Part shown: one piece after another, positions 44,025 to 53,303 of the stretch
Position numbering within the stretch: position 1 is the stretch's first letter
Layout: each line of letters starts with the position of its first letter
Assembly: GCA_963705915.1 (NCBI GenBank)
Contig: OY970126.1
Coordinates: forward strand, 751,893 to 815,892
Source: an uncultured bacterium
GTDB taxonomy: Bacteria; Patescibacteriota; Minisyncoccia; UBA6257; 2-01-FULL-56-20
Direction: 5' to 3'
DNA: 64,000 nucleotides
Program-made: the position numbers and the translations under genes
The notes under the pieces: model-generated
What the model was told of the DNA's origin: nothing
Databases searched by the model: none
The model's input: the letters and a program-made list of their open reading frames with translations, nothing else

Positions 44025-46076
44025 ATGGCCGAAAAAAAATCCAAAAATCAGGGCAGCGCGTCATACGGTGCCAAGGACATCTATGTGCTTGAAGGCCTCG
44101 AGCCGGTGCGTAAGCGCCCCGGTATGTACATCGGTTCAACCGGTTCGATTGGGTTACACCATCTGATTTGGGAAGTTGTCGACAACTCAATCGACGAAGC
44201 GATGGCGGGTTTTGCAAAGAGCATCACTGTTGAGCTTCTGCCGGGGAATAGAGTCGCCGTCACGGACGACGGCCGCGGTATTCCGGTGGACGTCCACAAG
44301 CAGACAAAAAAATCCGCGCTCGAAACCGTACTCACAACGCTCCATGCCGGCGGAAAATTTGGCGGTGATTCATATAAGGTCTCCGGTGGTTTGCACGGCG
44401 TCGGCGTTTCCGTGGTGAACGCGCTTTCCGAATGGACAAAAGTTGAAGTTGAACGCGACGGCGGTCTTTATGTGCAGGAATATGAGCGCGGCAAACCGAA
44501 ATATAAGGTAAAAAAAGTTGGCGCCTCAAAACGTCATGGCACCAAAGTGACGTTCCAGCCTGATCCTCAGATTTTTTCCGAGCTCGAGTTCAACGACAAG
44601 ACGATCATTGAGCACTTGCGTCAGCAGGCCTATCTCACGAAAGGCGTGCGGATAGACATCATCGACCGCCGGCCAAAGGTGCCTCTTTTTTACGGATTCT
44701 ATTTTGAAGGCGGCGTATTGTCGTTTGTGAAATTCCTCGCGCAGAAAAAGAACGCACTCCATGAAGATATTTTTTATGTCGAAAAAGAGAACCAAAACAT
44801 CGACGTTGAATGTGCGTTTATGTATGTCGATGATACGCGGACACAAGAAATGAGTTTCGCAAACAACATCTATACGCCGGAGGGCGGCATGCACCTCACG
44901 GGCTTCCGCTCGGCGATCACCCGATCGCTCAATAACTACGCACGCGCCGAAGGCTATCTCAAAGAAAAGGAAGAAAACTTTACAAGCGACGACGTCCGTG
45001 AGGGACAGATCGTCGTCCTCTCGGTGAAGCTCCGTGAGCCGCAGTTCGAAGGGCAGACCAAGGCAAAACTCGGTAATCCGGAAGCCCGCACGGCAGTCGA
45101 AGCGGTGATGAACGAAGCGCTCAAGGAATTTTTGGAAAAACATCCTCAAGAAGCGAAGGGCATTATTGCAAAGGTTTTACTTACCGCAAAAGCTCGTCTT
45201 GCCGCAAAAGCCGCCCGCGAAACGGTTTTGCGCAAAGGCGCTTTTGAGGGTTTGACGCTGCCGGGTAAACTTGCTGATTGCACGTCAAAGATTGCTGCCG
45301 AATCGGAGCTTTTCATCGTGGAGGGCGATTCCGCCGGTGGCACGGCAAAGCAGGGGAGGAACCGGCACACGCAAGCGATATTACCTTTGCGCGGTAAGCC
45401 GCTCAACGTCGAACGGGTTCATCTCGATAAGATGTTGGCTAATGCGGAAATCCGATCGCTCGTAATCGCGATCGGTACGGCGATCGGCGAGGAGTTCAGC
45501 ATGGAGAAGCTGCGCTACCATAAAATTGTGATCATGACCGATGCCGACGTTGACGGCGCACACATTCGCACGTTGCTCCTCACACTCTTTTATCGCTACT
45601 TCCGCGCGGTTGTTGATGGCGGCTACATCTATATTGCCCAACCGCCGCTCTATAAAGTTCAACTCGGCAAGGCATTCAAGTATGCGTTTTCTGATAATGA
45701 AAAAGATAAAGCGATCGCAGAACTCCAAAAGAATGCGCCGGTGCGTGCGGTAAAGGGCAAGAAAAAAACCGAAGAGGTTGCAGAAGAATCTGCCGAAGCA
45801 AACGCCGATGGTGAAAATTTGGTGGAAGAAGGAACCGTTTCGAACGACGGCAAACGCATGCCGAATGTGCAGCGCTATAAAGGTCTCGGCGAAATGAACG
45901 CCGAGCAGCTTTGGGCAACAACGATGAATCCGGAAAACCGCATCATGAAGCAGGTAACGATTGAAGACGCCGAAGCGGCCGACAAACTTTTCGACATTTT
46001 GATGGGCGACGCCGTTGAGCCGCGCAAGAACTTCATCCAAGCGCACGCCGCGACGGTGCAGAATCTTGACATCTAA
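44025..46076 (+). CDS. gyrB: DNA gyrase subunit B
   Basis: GHKL ATPase motifs, TOPRIM EGDSAGG, QPPLYK, C-terminal GyrB tail; AAGAGGTA Shine-Dalgarno before the Met at 44025. Confidence 0.95.
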   Translation: MAEKKSKNQGSASYGAKDIYVLEGLEPVRKRPGMYIGSTGSIGLHHLIWEVVDNSIDEAMAGFAKSITVELLPGNRVAVTDDGRGIPVDVHKQTKKSALETVLTTLHAGGKFGGDSYKVSGGLHGVGVSVVNALSEWTKVEVERDGGLYVQEYERGKPKYKVKKVGASKRHGTKVTFQPDPQIFSELEFNDKTIIEHLRQQAYLTKGVRIDIIDRRPKVPLFYGFYFEGGVLSFVKFLAQKKNALHEDIFYVEKENQNIDVECAFMYVDDTRTQEMSFANNIYTPEGGMHLTGFRSAITRSLNNYARAEGYLKEKEENFTSDDVREGQIVVLSVKLREPQFEGQTKAKLGNPEARTAVEAVMNEALKEFLEKHPQEAKGIIAKVLLTAKARLAAKAARETVLRKGAFEGLTLPGKLADCTSKIAAESELFIVEGDSAGGTAKQGRNRHTQAILPLRGKPLNVERVHLDKMLANAEIRSLVIAIGTAIGEEFSMEKLRYHKIVIMTDADVDGAHIRTLLLTLFYRYFRAVVDGGYIYIAQPPLYKVQLGKAFKYAFSDNEKDKAIAELQKNAPVRAVKGKKKTEEVAEESAEANADGENLVEEGTVSNDGKRMPNVQRYKGLGEMNAEQLWATTMNPENRIMKQVTIEDAEAADKLFDILMGDAVEPRKNFIQAHAATVQNLDI

Positions 46077-46109
46077 TGCGGTGCCGCGTATTATTTTACT
46101 ATCTCCAAA

Positions 46110-46135
46110 ACCGCGAGTATAGCGGTCTTTTATTT
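46110..46135 (+). terminator. rho-independent terminator after gyrB (ACCGC-GAGTATA-GCGGT plus T-run)
   Basis: 5-bp GC stem followed by CTTTTATTTATT. Confidence 0.5.
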
Positions 46136-46183
46136 ATTAAAAGACATTGCCCGCGGAGAAAAAGAGGAGTATACTAGAACGCA

Positions 46184-46375
46184 ATGTTCGATCGCATAAA
46201 ACATTTTTTCATTGAATCGCGCAATGAGTTGCGCCACGTGAACTGGCCGACGCGGCAGGAAGCTATCCGCCTCACAGGCATCGTGATCGCGATTTCGCTT
46301 TCGCTCGCGGTATTTTTGGGCGCGTGCGATTATCTTTTCACCTATATCATCAAAACATTCGTCGTCGGCGCGTAA
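46184..46375 (+). CDS. secE: preprotein translocase subunit SecE
   Basis: 63 aa, single C-terminal TM helix, directly upstream of nusG. Confidence 0.7.
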   Translation: MFDRIKHFFIESRNELRHVNWPTRQEAIRLTGIVIAISLSLAVFLGACDYLFTYIIKTFVVGA

Positions 46376-46392
46376 TTAAAATATCTTTTCTC

Positions 46393-46962
46393 ATGGCAAT
46401 CGCTCCTCATCATGGTACACCGAATGACAAGCCGCAGATCCGACAATGGTATGCGGTGCAAACGTATTCGGGTTACGAAGAGGCCGTTGCGCGCTATCTG
46501 AAACAGCGCGTCGAGTCGCTTACCATGGGGGATAAGATCTTCAACGTGCTCGTGCCCAAAGAAAAAACGATCAAAGTGAAAGGCGGCAAGCGACAGACGG
46601 TTGAAGAAAAAATTTATCCTGGGTACGTACTCGTCGAAATGATTCTTACCGAGGATTCGTGGTATGTGGTGCGCAACACGCCCCGCGTGACCGGCTTCGT
46701 TGGTCCCGACAATACAACGCCAACCCCGCTTTCCAAGGACGAGGTCGATCTTCTCCTCGCACGCACCGGCCGCGATGAAAGCAAGATGACGCTTGACCTC
46801 AAGGTGGGCGATCTGGTAAAAATAACCGACGGTCCGTTCAAGGAATATGACGGCAAAGTGGCTGAAGTAAACGAAGAGAAGGGCAGCGTCAAAGTGCTCG
46901 TTCCGATCTTTGGCCGTGATACCGCCGTCGAGCTCGATTCATTGCAAGTACGAAAAGTTTAA
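46393..46962 (+). CDS. nusG: transcription termination/antitermination factor NusG
   Basis: NGN domain (WYAVQTYSGYE) and C-terminal KOW motif (VGD.VKITDGPFKEYDGKV). Confidence 0.9.
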   Translation: MAIAPHHGTPNDKPQIRQWYAVQTYSGYEEAVARYLKQRVESLTMGDKIFNVLVPKEKTIKVKGGKRQTVEEKIYPGYVLVEMILTEDSWYVVRNTPRVTGFVGPDNTTPTPLSKDEVDLLLARTGRDESKMTLDLKVGDLVKITDGPFKEYDGKVAEVNEEKGSVKVLVPIFGRDTAVELDSLQVRKV

Positions 46963-46974
46963 TCTCATTAAAAA

Positions 46975-47178
46975 ATGGCCCAACAGTGCTTTTTCTGCTC
47001 ACAAAACTTAAAGAATATTGATTATAAGGAGATCGAATTGATCCGGCGTTTTGCTTCGAGCCAAGCGAAGATCATCGATCCGCGTCATACAAGCGTCTGC
47101 GCAAAGCATCAGCGCAAATTGGCGCTCGCCATCAAGCGGGCTCGGTTCATGGGGTTGCTTCCATACGTCCGAAAATAG
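46975..47178 (+). CDS. rpsR: 30S ribosomal protein S18
   Basis: 67 aa: CFFC...IDYKEIELIRRF...IIDPRHTSVCAKHQRKLALAIKRARFMGLLPY matches bS18. Confidence 0.85.
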   Translation: MAQQCFFCSQNLKNIDYKEIELIRRFASSQAKIIDPRHTSVCAKHQRKLALAIKRARFMGLLPYVRK

Positions 47179-47298
47179 CCTTTCTGAAACATTTTTGTTT
47201 TTCGGGTACGGCGTCACGCGCTACTGCGCGTGCGCCTCACCTCTCGCCGCCTTCGCGGCTCCGAGAGCCCCTCAAACCTAAAAATGTTTTCAGAAAGG
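47179..47298. repeat. 120-bp element: 18-bp imperfect terminal inverted repeats (CCTTTCTGAAACATTTTT / AAAAATGTTTTCAGAAAGG) around a GC-rich core with nested hairpins
   Basis: Left arm 47179-47196, right arm 47280-47298 (one bulge); core contains the ACGCGC/GCGCGT stem. Confidence 0.55.
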
Positions 47299-47324
47299 CA
47301 CTCTTTGCGGTAGAATGAAAGACA

Positions 47325-47885
47325 ATGTCCTTGAACCAATCTGTTTTTTTGTGGGTCCACCAACTTGCGGGACGGAATGCATGGCTTGATGGGCTCGGTA
47401 TTTTTCTTGCCGACTGGTTTCCCTATTTTCTTGTACTGGGATTTTTAATTTTGGTATTCAAACAGCCGGGGTGGCGGAAGAAACTGTATTGGTTCGCCGA
47501 GGGCGCAATCGCAATCATCATTTCGCGTGGCATCATAACGGAGCTGATTCGTCTTTTCTATCATCATGAACGGCCGTACTCGTTTTATAACTTTGTGCCG
47601 CTCATACAGGCTTCCGGCTGGTCTTTCCCGTCGGGTCACGCCGCATGGTTCTTCGCGATGGCGACTACGATTTTCTATCTCAACAAAAAATGGGGGATTT
47701 GGTTCTACCTGTTCGCATTTATTAACGGCGTTGCGCGTATCTATGTCGGCGTCCATTGGCCGCTTGATATCATAGGCGGCGCTGTTGTTGGTATTGCATC
47801 CGCGATGTTCGTCCATTGGATTTTAAAGAAGAGCAGGGAAGGGATTTACGCAACCGCGAAAAACCCGCAGGGAGATATAATCTGA
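47325..47885 (+). CDS. PAP2-family membrane phosphatase (undecaprenyl-diphosphatase/PgpB-like)
   Basis: All three PAP2 motifs: ERP, PSGH, R(x5)HWPLD. Confidence 0.8.
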   Translation: MSLNQSVFLWVHQLAGRNAWLDGLGIFLADWFPYFLVLGFLILVFKQPGWRKKLYWFAEGAIAIIISRGIITELIRLFYHHERPYSFYNFVPLIQASGWSFPSGHAAWFFAMATTIFYLNKKWGIWFYLFAFINGVARIYVGVHWPLDIIGGAVVGIASAMFVHWILKKSREGIYATAKNPQGDII

Positions 47886-47888
47886 ACT

Positions 47889-48521
47889 ATGCACGCACAA
47901 GAAATTCTCGCGCTGTCGGACAAAGAGATTCTCGAAATCGCCGAACAACTGAGGGTTGCCTACAAGCTTAAAAAGACGATCCGATACGCCGGAGCGAGGG
48001 ACCTCTCCGTGCACGGCGAGTCGGTTGCGGAGCACGTTTTTGCGCTTCTTTTTCTCGCCCAATATTTTTTGCCGCTCGAAGATCCGGAAGGGAAAATGGA
48101 TAAGGCAAGAGTCTACGAGATTTTACTCTTCCATGATTTCGGAGAAATCGTGCATGGCGATGTTCCGTATCATCTGAAGAATCAGTCTGACAAAGCTCAG
48201 GAAATGAAAGATGCGGAAGCCGTTTTCAAGGCGCTTCCCAAGATGGTAGGCGAGATCGGAGAAAAGCGATGGAAGGAATATGAAAATCGCGCCACGCCCG
48301 AAGCAGATTTTGTCTACGCCCTCGATAAGATCGAGCCGGTGTTTGAACTTCTCGATCCCGTGAATGAAAAGAGTTTGAAACGGACAAAGTTCACCTATGA
48401 AGCGCACATGAAAAGAAAACAGCAAGCCACCGAGGCCTTTCCTGTTATGCGTAAATTCGTTGATGTTTTGGGTGCCGATATGAAGAGGCGCGGTATTTTT
48501 TGGGAAGGGGAAAAGTTATAG
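47889..48521 (+). CDS. HD-domain phosphohydrolase (YfbR-like 5'-deoxynucleotidase family)
   Basis: H...HD metal motif (VAEHVF...LLFHDFGE) and second His cluster. Confidence 0.75.
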   Translation: MHAQEILALSDKEILEIAEQLRVAYKLKKTIRYAGARDLSVHGESVAEHVFALLFLAQYFLPLEDPEGKMDKARVYEILLFHDFGEIVHGDVPYHLKNQSDKAQEMKDAEAVFKALPKMVGEIGEKRWKEYENRATPEADFVYALDKIEPVFELLDPVNEKSLKRTKFTYEAHMKRKQQATEAFPVMRKFVDVLGADMKRRGIFWEGEKL

Positions 48522-50402
48522 TTATCCTTTCCTATCCGCAAACTGCGTCTTGTAGAGTTCGGCATAGAGTTTACCGTGTTTGAGTAATTCATCGTGCTTG
48601 CCGCGTTCAACGACGCGGCCTTTTTCGACGACGAGAATCTGGTCGGCGTTACGAATAGTTGAAAGCCGGTGCGCGATCACAAGCGACGTTCGCCCCTTAA
48701 ACGCTTCTTGGAGTGCGCGTTGAATCGCTTGCTCGGATTCCGAATCGAGATGGGCCGTTGCTTCGTCGAGGATCAAAATGTCAGGCGATTTGAGGAGTAA
48801 GCGGGCAATCGCGATGCGTTGCTTTTCGCCGCCCGAAAAACGATAGCCGCGATCGCCGACGAGCGTGTCGAGGCCGTTCGGCAGGGATTCAACGAGCGGT
48901 AAAATCTGCGCGGCGTTCAGAGCTTCCTTCATCTCCGCATCGGTTGCATCGGGTTTTGCATAGAGCAAGTTCGCGCGGATCGTGTCGTGGAACATGTGGG
49001 CGTCTTGGGTCACGACGCCGATCATCGCATGGAGCGAGGCGAGCGTCGCCTCGCGGACGTCGGTGCCGTTCACGCGGACGGTGCCCGACTGGGGATCATA
49101 CAAACGGCCGGCAAGCTGGGAAATCGTTGTTTTCCCGGCGCCCGAAGGTCCGACGAGCGCAGACACGGTTCCCGGTTCGACGTCAAAACTCACGTCGAAC
49201 AATATTTGTTTCTCGGGTGTCCGGGCGAGCGTCGCCACCGATTCCAAAGAAGCAAGCGAAACTTCCTCGGGCCGCGGATAACGGAAATTCACGTGGTCGA
49301 ATTCAATACGTGCCGGCCCGCGCGGCAACGCAATTGCGCCAGGTTTTTCCGCGACCATCGGCGGGAGATCGAGCACTTCGAATACCCGTTCAAAAGAAAC
49401 GAGCGTCGTCATCACGTCAACGTTCACATTTGAAAGCGCCGTGAGCGGTTGGTACAGGCGGGTGAGATAGACGGAAAGTGCAACGAGCGTACCGACGTCA
49501 ATTGCGTTGCGTTCGGCGAGTAGGCCGCCCCAGCCGAAAACCAAAGCCGTTCCAAGCGATGCCGTGATCGTGAGCGCCGTGAAAAAGAATCGCGTGTAGA
49601 TGGATTGGGTGACGCCGATATCCCGCACGCGTCCGGCGCGCGCGTCGAACGACTGCGCATCTTCCTTCGGGCGGCCAAAAAGTTTTGCAAGGAGCGCTCC
49701 CGCGACATTAAATCGTTCAACCATGAGATTATTCATCTCCGCGGCGAGATTGTAACTCTCGCGCGTGATCGCCTGGAGCTTTCTTCCGAACCAACGCGCC
49801 GGAAAAATGAAAATAGGAACGAGCGCCAGCGAAAGGATGGTGAGCTGCCACGAAAGCACGAACATCACGGCGAGGATAGCGACGACGCCCACGATGTTTC
49901 CGATCACTGAGGACAAAATATCGGTGAATGCCTGCTGGGCGCCGGTGACATCGTTATTCAAACGACTCACGAGTGCTCCGGTCTGTGTCCGCGTGAAAAA
50001 TGCGAGCGACATGCTTTGAATATGTTCAAAAACTTGCGTTCGCATATCGAAGACGAGCCCTTGGCCAATCTTCGCAGACATGTACGTTTCGATAAGGCCG
50101 AGACCGGCATCAAAAAGAGAAATGACGACGGCGATGAGCGCGAGCCAGATGATGAGACTTGGCTTATGGTTCAGAATACCCTGATTGATGATTTCGCGGA
50201 AAAGAAGCGGGTTCACAACGCCGATCACCGCATCGATCACAACGAGGATCAAAAATACCGTGAGCAGTTTTCGATATGGTTTTATATAACGAAAAATCCG
50301 CCGCGTCGTTCCCGGCGCGACTTTTTGGTCAGTCACCGATGCGTCGCGGGTGAGCGAGCGCATCGATCCTCGAAATCCTCCTCCTGGTCCTCCTGGGGGC
50401 AT
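48522..50402 (-). CDS. ABC transporter, fused permease/ATP-binding exporter (MsbA-like)
   Basis: 6-TM N-terminal domain; Walker A GPSGAGKTT, LSGGEKQRIAIAR signature, Walker B ILILDEATAHLD. Confidence 0.85.
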   Translation of the reverse strand: MPPGGPGGGFRGSMRSLTRDASVTDQKVAPGTTRRIFRYIKPYRKLLTVFLILVVIDAVIGVVNPLLFREIINQGILNHKPSLIIWLALIAVVISLFDAGLGLIETYMSAKIGQGLVFDMRTQVFEHIQSMSLAFFTRTQTGALVSRLNNDVTGAQQAFTDILSSVIGNIVGVVAILAVMFVLSWQLTILSLALVPIFIFPARWFGRKLQAITRESYNLAAEMNNLMVERFNVAGALLAKLFGRPKEDAQSFDARAGRVRDIGVTQSIYTRFFFTALTITASLGTALVFGWGGLLAERNAIDVGTLVALSVYLTRLYQPLTALSNVNVDVMTTLVSFERVFEVLDLPPMVAEKPGAIALPRGPARIEFDHVNFRYPRPEEVSLASLESVATLARTPEKQILFDVSFDVEPGTVSALVGPSGAGKTTISQLAGRLYDPQSGTVRVNGTDVREATLASLHAMIGVVTQDAHMFHDTIRANLLYAKPDATDAEMKEALNAAQILPLVESLPNGLDTLVGDRGYRFSGGEKQRIAIARLLLKSPDILILDEATAHLDSESEQAIQRALQEAFKGRTSLVIAHRLSTIRNADQILVVEKGRVVERGKHDELLKHGKLYAELYKTQFADRKG

Positions 50403-50420
50403 ATATAAGGTAGTACGAAG

Positions 50421-50612
50421 CTATGAGTCTTTCTGGTTGCGGAGCGCTTCAAGCTCCGCTTTTAGGTTTTGTAATACTTCGACCTGCTCTTCTCGCGCGA
50501 GGTCGTCAAAAATCCCCTCCCAAAATGCAAGTTCTTTTTTATCCTCTCCGTATGGAATCAGTTCTTGAACAACTTCACGAAATTCTTTTTTAATAGGCGT
50601 TGGTTCATCCAT
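50421..50612 (-). CDS. hypothetical small acidic protein
   Basis: 63-aa ORF overlapping the next gene by 8 nt. Confidence 0.3.
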   Translation of the reverse strand: MDEPTPIKKEFREVVQELIPYGEDKKELAFWEGIFDDLAREEQVEVLQNLKAELEALRNQKDS

Positions 50613-51096
50613 TCAGATTGAGAGATAGGGGAGTGTTGTCGAAAAGATTGATGGCGTCCCGGGTCGCTTCTTGGAGTATCACGGTATTCTCGCCAATAAA
50701 ATCCTGACTTGCTTCCAAGAATCGGCGGGTCAACGGCGGAATATTTTTTATGGCAGTCATGGTCAATCGCGTATATTCCGGAGACATGAGTGCGGTTTCC
50801 AAGACTTCGGCCTTGATGGCTTCGTGGTTCATATGGGCCATGGCAAACGTCACCGCAACAATTTTTGCTCCAAATGCTGCCGCGTAACGGATCTTGTCTG
50901 AAGGGCTGGCCTGTTTCAGACTTTCTAGTTTCTGCCTTGTTAATCGTCCAGCCGCTTCGGAGCCGGATAGCTCGATAACTTTCCGCTCCAGATAGCCGAC
51001 CATCACGGCAAACCGTTCTTCGCGAAACGATTCGGCGAGCTCCGGCGATAATTCTCGCGGAGATGAGTTTGGCTCAAATTGTTCCTGGCTCCTCAT
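50605..51096 (-). CDS. hypothetical protein
   Basis: 163-aa ORF, 4-nt overlap with the upstream mscL stop/start. Confidence 0.4.
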   Translation of the reverse strand: MRSQEQFEPNSSPRELSPELAESFREERFAVMVGYLERKVIELSGSEAAGRLTRQKLESLKQASPSDKIRYAAAFGAKIVAVTFAMAHMNHEAIKAEVLETALMSPEYTRLTMTAIKNIPPLTRRFLEASQDFIGENTVILQEATRDAINLFDNTPLSLNLNG

Positions 51097-51512
51097 TTCT
51101 TCATACTATCGCTCGTAAGCTTTGCAGTGCAATAGGCGCAGCGGGTTGCTTTGATCGGAATGCTTGAAAGGCATTGCGGACATTGCTTGGTCGTCGCCTC
51201 CGGCGGCGGGCCCTTTTGCATCCGCGATTGCAATTTATTCATCGGCAAGACAACAAAGAAATAAATAGTGAAGGCGAGGATGACAAACGAAATGAGGTTA
51301 TTCAGGAAGTCGCCGTACGAAAACTGGCTGCCGTGGATCGTAAACGTGAGGTTGCCGAAATTCGGTTGGGTGGCGATGGCCGCGATGAGCGGCGTCATCA
51401 GGTCTTTCACGAGGGCATTCACGACATTGTTGAATGCAGCCCCAACCATAATACCGACCGCAAGATCGATGACGTTGCCGCGCAAGATGAATTGCTTGAA
51501 GCCTTTAAGCAC
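51093..51512 (-). CDS. mscL: large-conductance mechanosensitive channel MscL with C-terminal CxxC...CxxC zinc-ribbon tail
   Basis: N-terminal FKQFILRGNVIDLAVGIMVGAAF and two TM helices as in MscL; C-terminal CPQC...CAYC. Confidence 0.8.
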   Translation of the reverse strand: MLKGFKQFILRGNVIDLAVGIMVGAAFNNVVNALVKDLMTPLIAAIATQPNFGNLTFTIHGSQFSYGDFLNNLISFVILAFTIYFFVVLPMNKLQSRMQKGPPPEATTKQCPQCLSSIPIKATRCAYCTAKLTSDSMKK

Positions 51513-51535
51513 TATTCAATTATAGCCAACAAGGA

Positions 51536-52543
51536 TTAAAGTCGGAAGCCGAACTGCGTCTGGAGGAATTGCAGAAGCTGCTGCGGAGGGAGCGAACCGC
51601 GCCAAATGGTGATCGTCTGGCCTGGACCACCAGGGGTCACGCTCACGCTCGTACTTGTGTTCACGCGCGAACGGCCATAGCCGCCAACACCAACGCCCAC
51701 GCGATGCCATCGCCCGCTGCCGTTGCCCAAGAATCCACGCGTGCCACCTGAGGCCGTTGCAGGGTTCGCCGTGCGCGTGATACTGAAGCTTGCACCATCG
51801 CTCGCAAGCGATGATGGGGAAGCAAGTGCCGCGCCACCCTGCGTGATCATCGTCATCGGTTGGGCGCTTGTCTGGGCAATCGTTTCACTCACGCCGTCAC
51901 GCGTAGCCGATCCGTTCGTGAATGAGATGGTGCCAAAGTTGTCGAGGGGTAGCATGCCAACATTCGCCGTCGGCATTTCTTCGATCCATTCCGCAGATGA
52001 TTCGTCGGAATTATATGAGAGCGACGTCTCATATGTGCCGCCGGTCGTTGTGTCATCAAAAGAAATTTGCCACACGCCTGCCGACGTCTGCGTGAGTGAA
52101 ACGCTTATGGAATCGCCGGCGTGCACCGGGAGCGAAATCGTTTGCATGTCCTGCGGCAAAAGTTCATACCACGCTGCGTAGCTCACGCTGCCGTCGCGAT
52201 TCGTGACCGCTTGCGTGCCTGCCTGGATGAGGCTGTGGCTTGTGACGCCGCCGATGCCGACCCATGTTGCGTCTGCCATCGTGCTGCTTGCACTCGCAAC
52301 GTTAGGAACGGTCCATGTGCCCGAGACGCCAGTGAACGGACCCTGCGTTGAGACATAGCCCGACCAATTGAGCGACGTGTTTGTATTCACTCCGGAATTC
52401 GGTGCGCTTGGCGTGGTCACTACCGGAGTCACCGGTGGCGTCCATTGAAACTGGAAGAACGACGGGAATGGTGCCGCAGATGTTACCAAAGGAATAGCTC
52501 CGGCAATCAATGAGACTACCAGGATTTTTTTGAACGTATTCAT
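51536..52543 (-). CDS. secreted G1-family glutamic peptidase (eqolisin/scytalidoglutamic-peptidase-like)
   Basis: Signal peptide; motifs NWSGYV, TWTVP, ATWVGIGG, IQAGTQ (catalytic Gln region), AAWYELLP, AEWIEE (catalytic Glu region) parallel the SGP/aspergilloglutamic peptidase motifs. Confidence 0.6.
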   Translation of the reverse strand: MNTFKKILVVSLIAGAIPLVTSAAPFPSFFQFQWTPPVTPVVTTPSAPNSGVNTNTSLNWSGYVSTQGPFTGVSGTWTVPNVASASSTMADATWVGIGGVTSHSLIQAGTQAVTNRDGSVSYAAWYELLPQDMQTISLPVHAGDSISVSLTQTSAGVWQISFDDTTTGGTYETSLSYNSDESSAEWIEEMPTANVGMLPLDNFGTISFTNGSATRDGVSETIAQTSAQPMTMITQGGAALASPSSLASDGASFSITRTANPATASGGTRGFLGNGSGRWHRVGVGVGGYGRSRVNTSTSVSVTPGGPGQTITIWRGSLPPQQLLQFLQTQFGFRL

Positions 52544-52619
52544 GATTTGTTATACGCTACAGAGCTGAAATTTGTTTCAAAGTCGGGGTTTTTTTCGTAT
52601 AAAACCACATAGCAAGAAG

Positions 52620-52808
52620 ATGCCAAGAAAATATAGCAAACGATCACAGCAAAAAGTGAAGCGCGCGATGCACGAAATGGAGCGTGGCACGCTGAAGAGT
52701 GGTCATAGCGGGAAAACCGTGCGGAGCCGCAAGCAAGCGATCGCCATCGGCCTTTCCGAAGCGCGCCGTGAAGGCGCGAAGGTGCCGAAAAAAGTTGTGC
52801 ACCATTGA
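52620..52808 (+). CDS. small basic hypothetical protein (62 aa)
   Basis: Start chosen at the internal Met at 52620; Lys/Arg-rich. Confidence 0.35.
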   Translation: MPRKYSKRSQQKVKRAMHEMERGTLKSGHSGKTVRSRKQAIAIGLSEARREGAKVPKKVVHH

Positions 52809-52851
52809 CCGTACGCCGCAACGGGGGAGAATAAATAGAGGAGGAGAGCTA

Positions 52852-53202
52852 ATGGCTGTTAGGCAGAGCAAGCACCATTACATTCCACGATCTCGCGGAG
52901 GTAGCAACGGACCGAACACGACACTGATTCCCCACGGTATCCATACTGCTTGGCACCACCTTTTTTACAATCTGTATCCTTGGGAAATCATGCAAGAAAT
53001 TGCCGCGGACCACTATGATCTCGCGCGTTTGAGTCAGGGCAGACAGGAATCTTGGCGTATGGTTTTTGGCATCAAATCCAAAGAGGCAGCCATCGCATAC
53101 GTTCGCAAGGAGTGGTTCCCACCCGATGACTATCTGCATGAATTCCTAGCAGAGCACCAGCTCACTTTTGAAGATATCTTTTCGACCGCCTGCTCTGTCT
53201 GA
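52852..53202 (+). CDS. HNH-endonuclease-like small protein
   Basis: GGAGGAGAG Shine-Dalgarno; HNH-like motif HHYIPRSRGGSNGPNTTLIPHGIHTAWHH; strong terminator follows. Confidence 0.5.
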   Translation: MAVRQSKHHYIPRSRGGSNGPNTTLIPHGIHTAWHHLFYNLYPWEIMQEIAADHYDLARLSQGRQESWRMVFGIKSKEAAIAYVRKEWFPPDDYLHEFLAEHQLTFEDIFSTACSV

Positions 53203-53211
53203 CCCGTACCT

Positions 53212-53240
53212 GCGCGGACGTCCCAACGTCCGCGCTTTTC
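53212..53240 (+). terminator. rho-independent terminator (GCGCGGACG-TCCCAA-CGTCCGCGC plus TTTTC)
   Basis: Perfect 9-bp GC-rich stem and T-run immediately after the HNH gene. Confidence 0.75.
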
Positions 53241-53303
53241 TAAACATTAAATTTTGATTAAAAGAAGCTTTTATTTTTCTTTGAATATCCTTACGATGAA
53301 AGT

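Noticed and set aside
48944-49444. Arg-rich ORFs antisense to the ABC transporter gene
   Set aside because: They lie in alternative frames of a confidently identified ABC exporter gene in GC-rich DNA and carry no translation signals.
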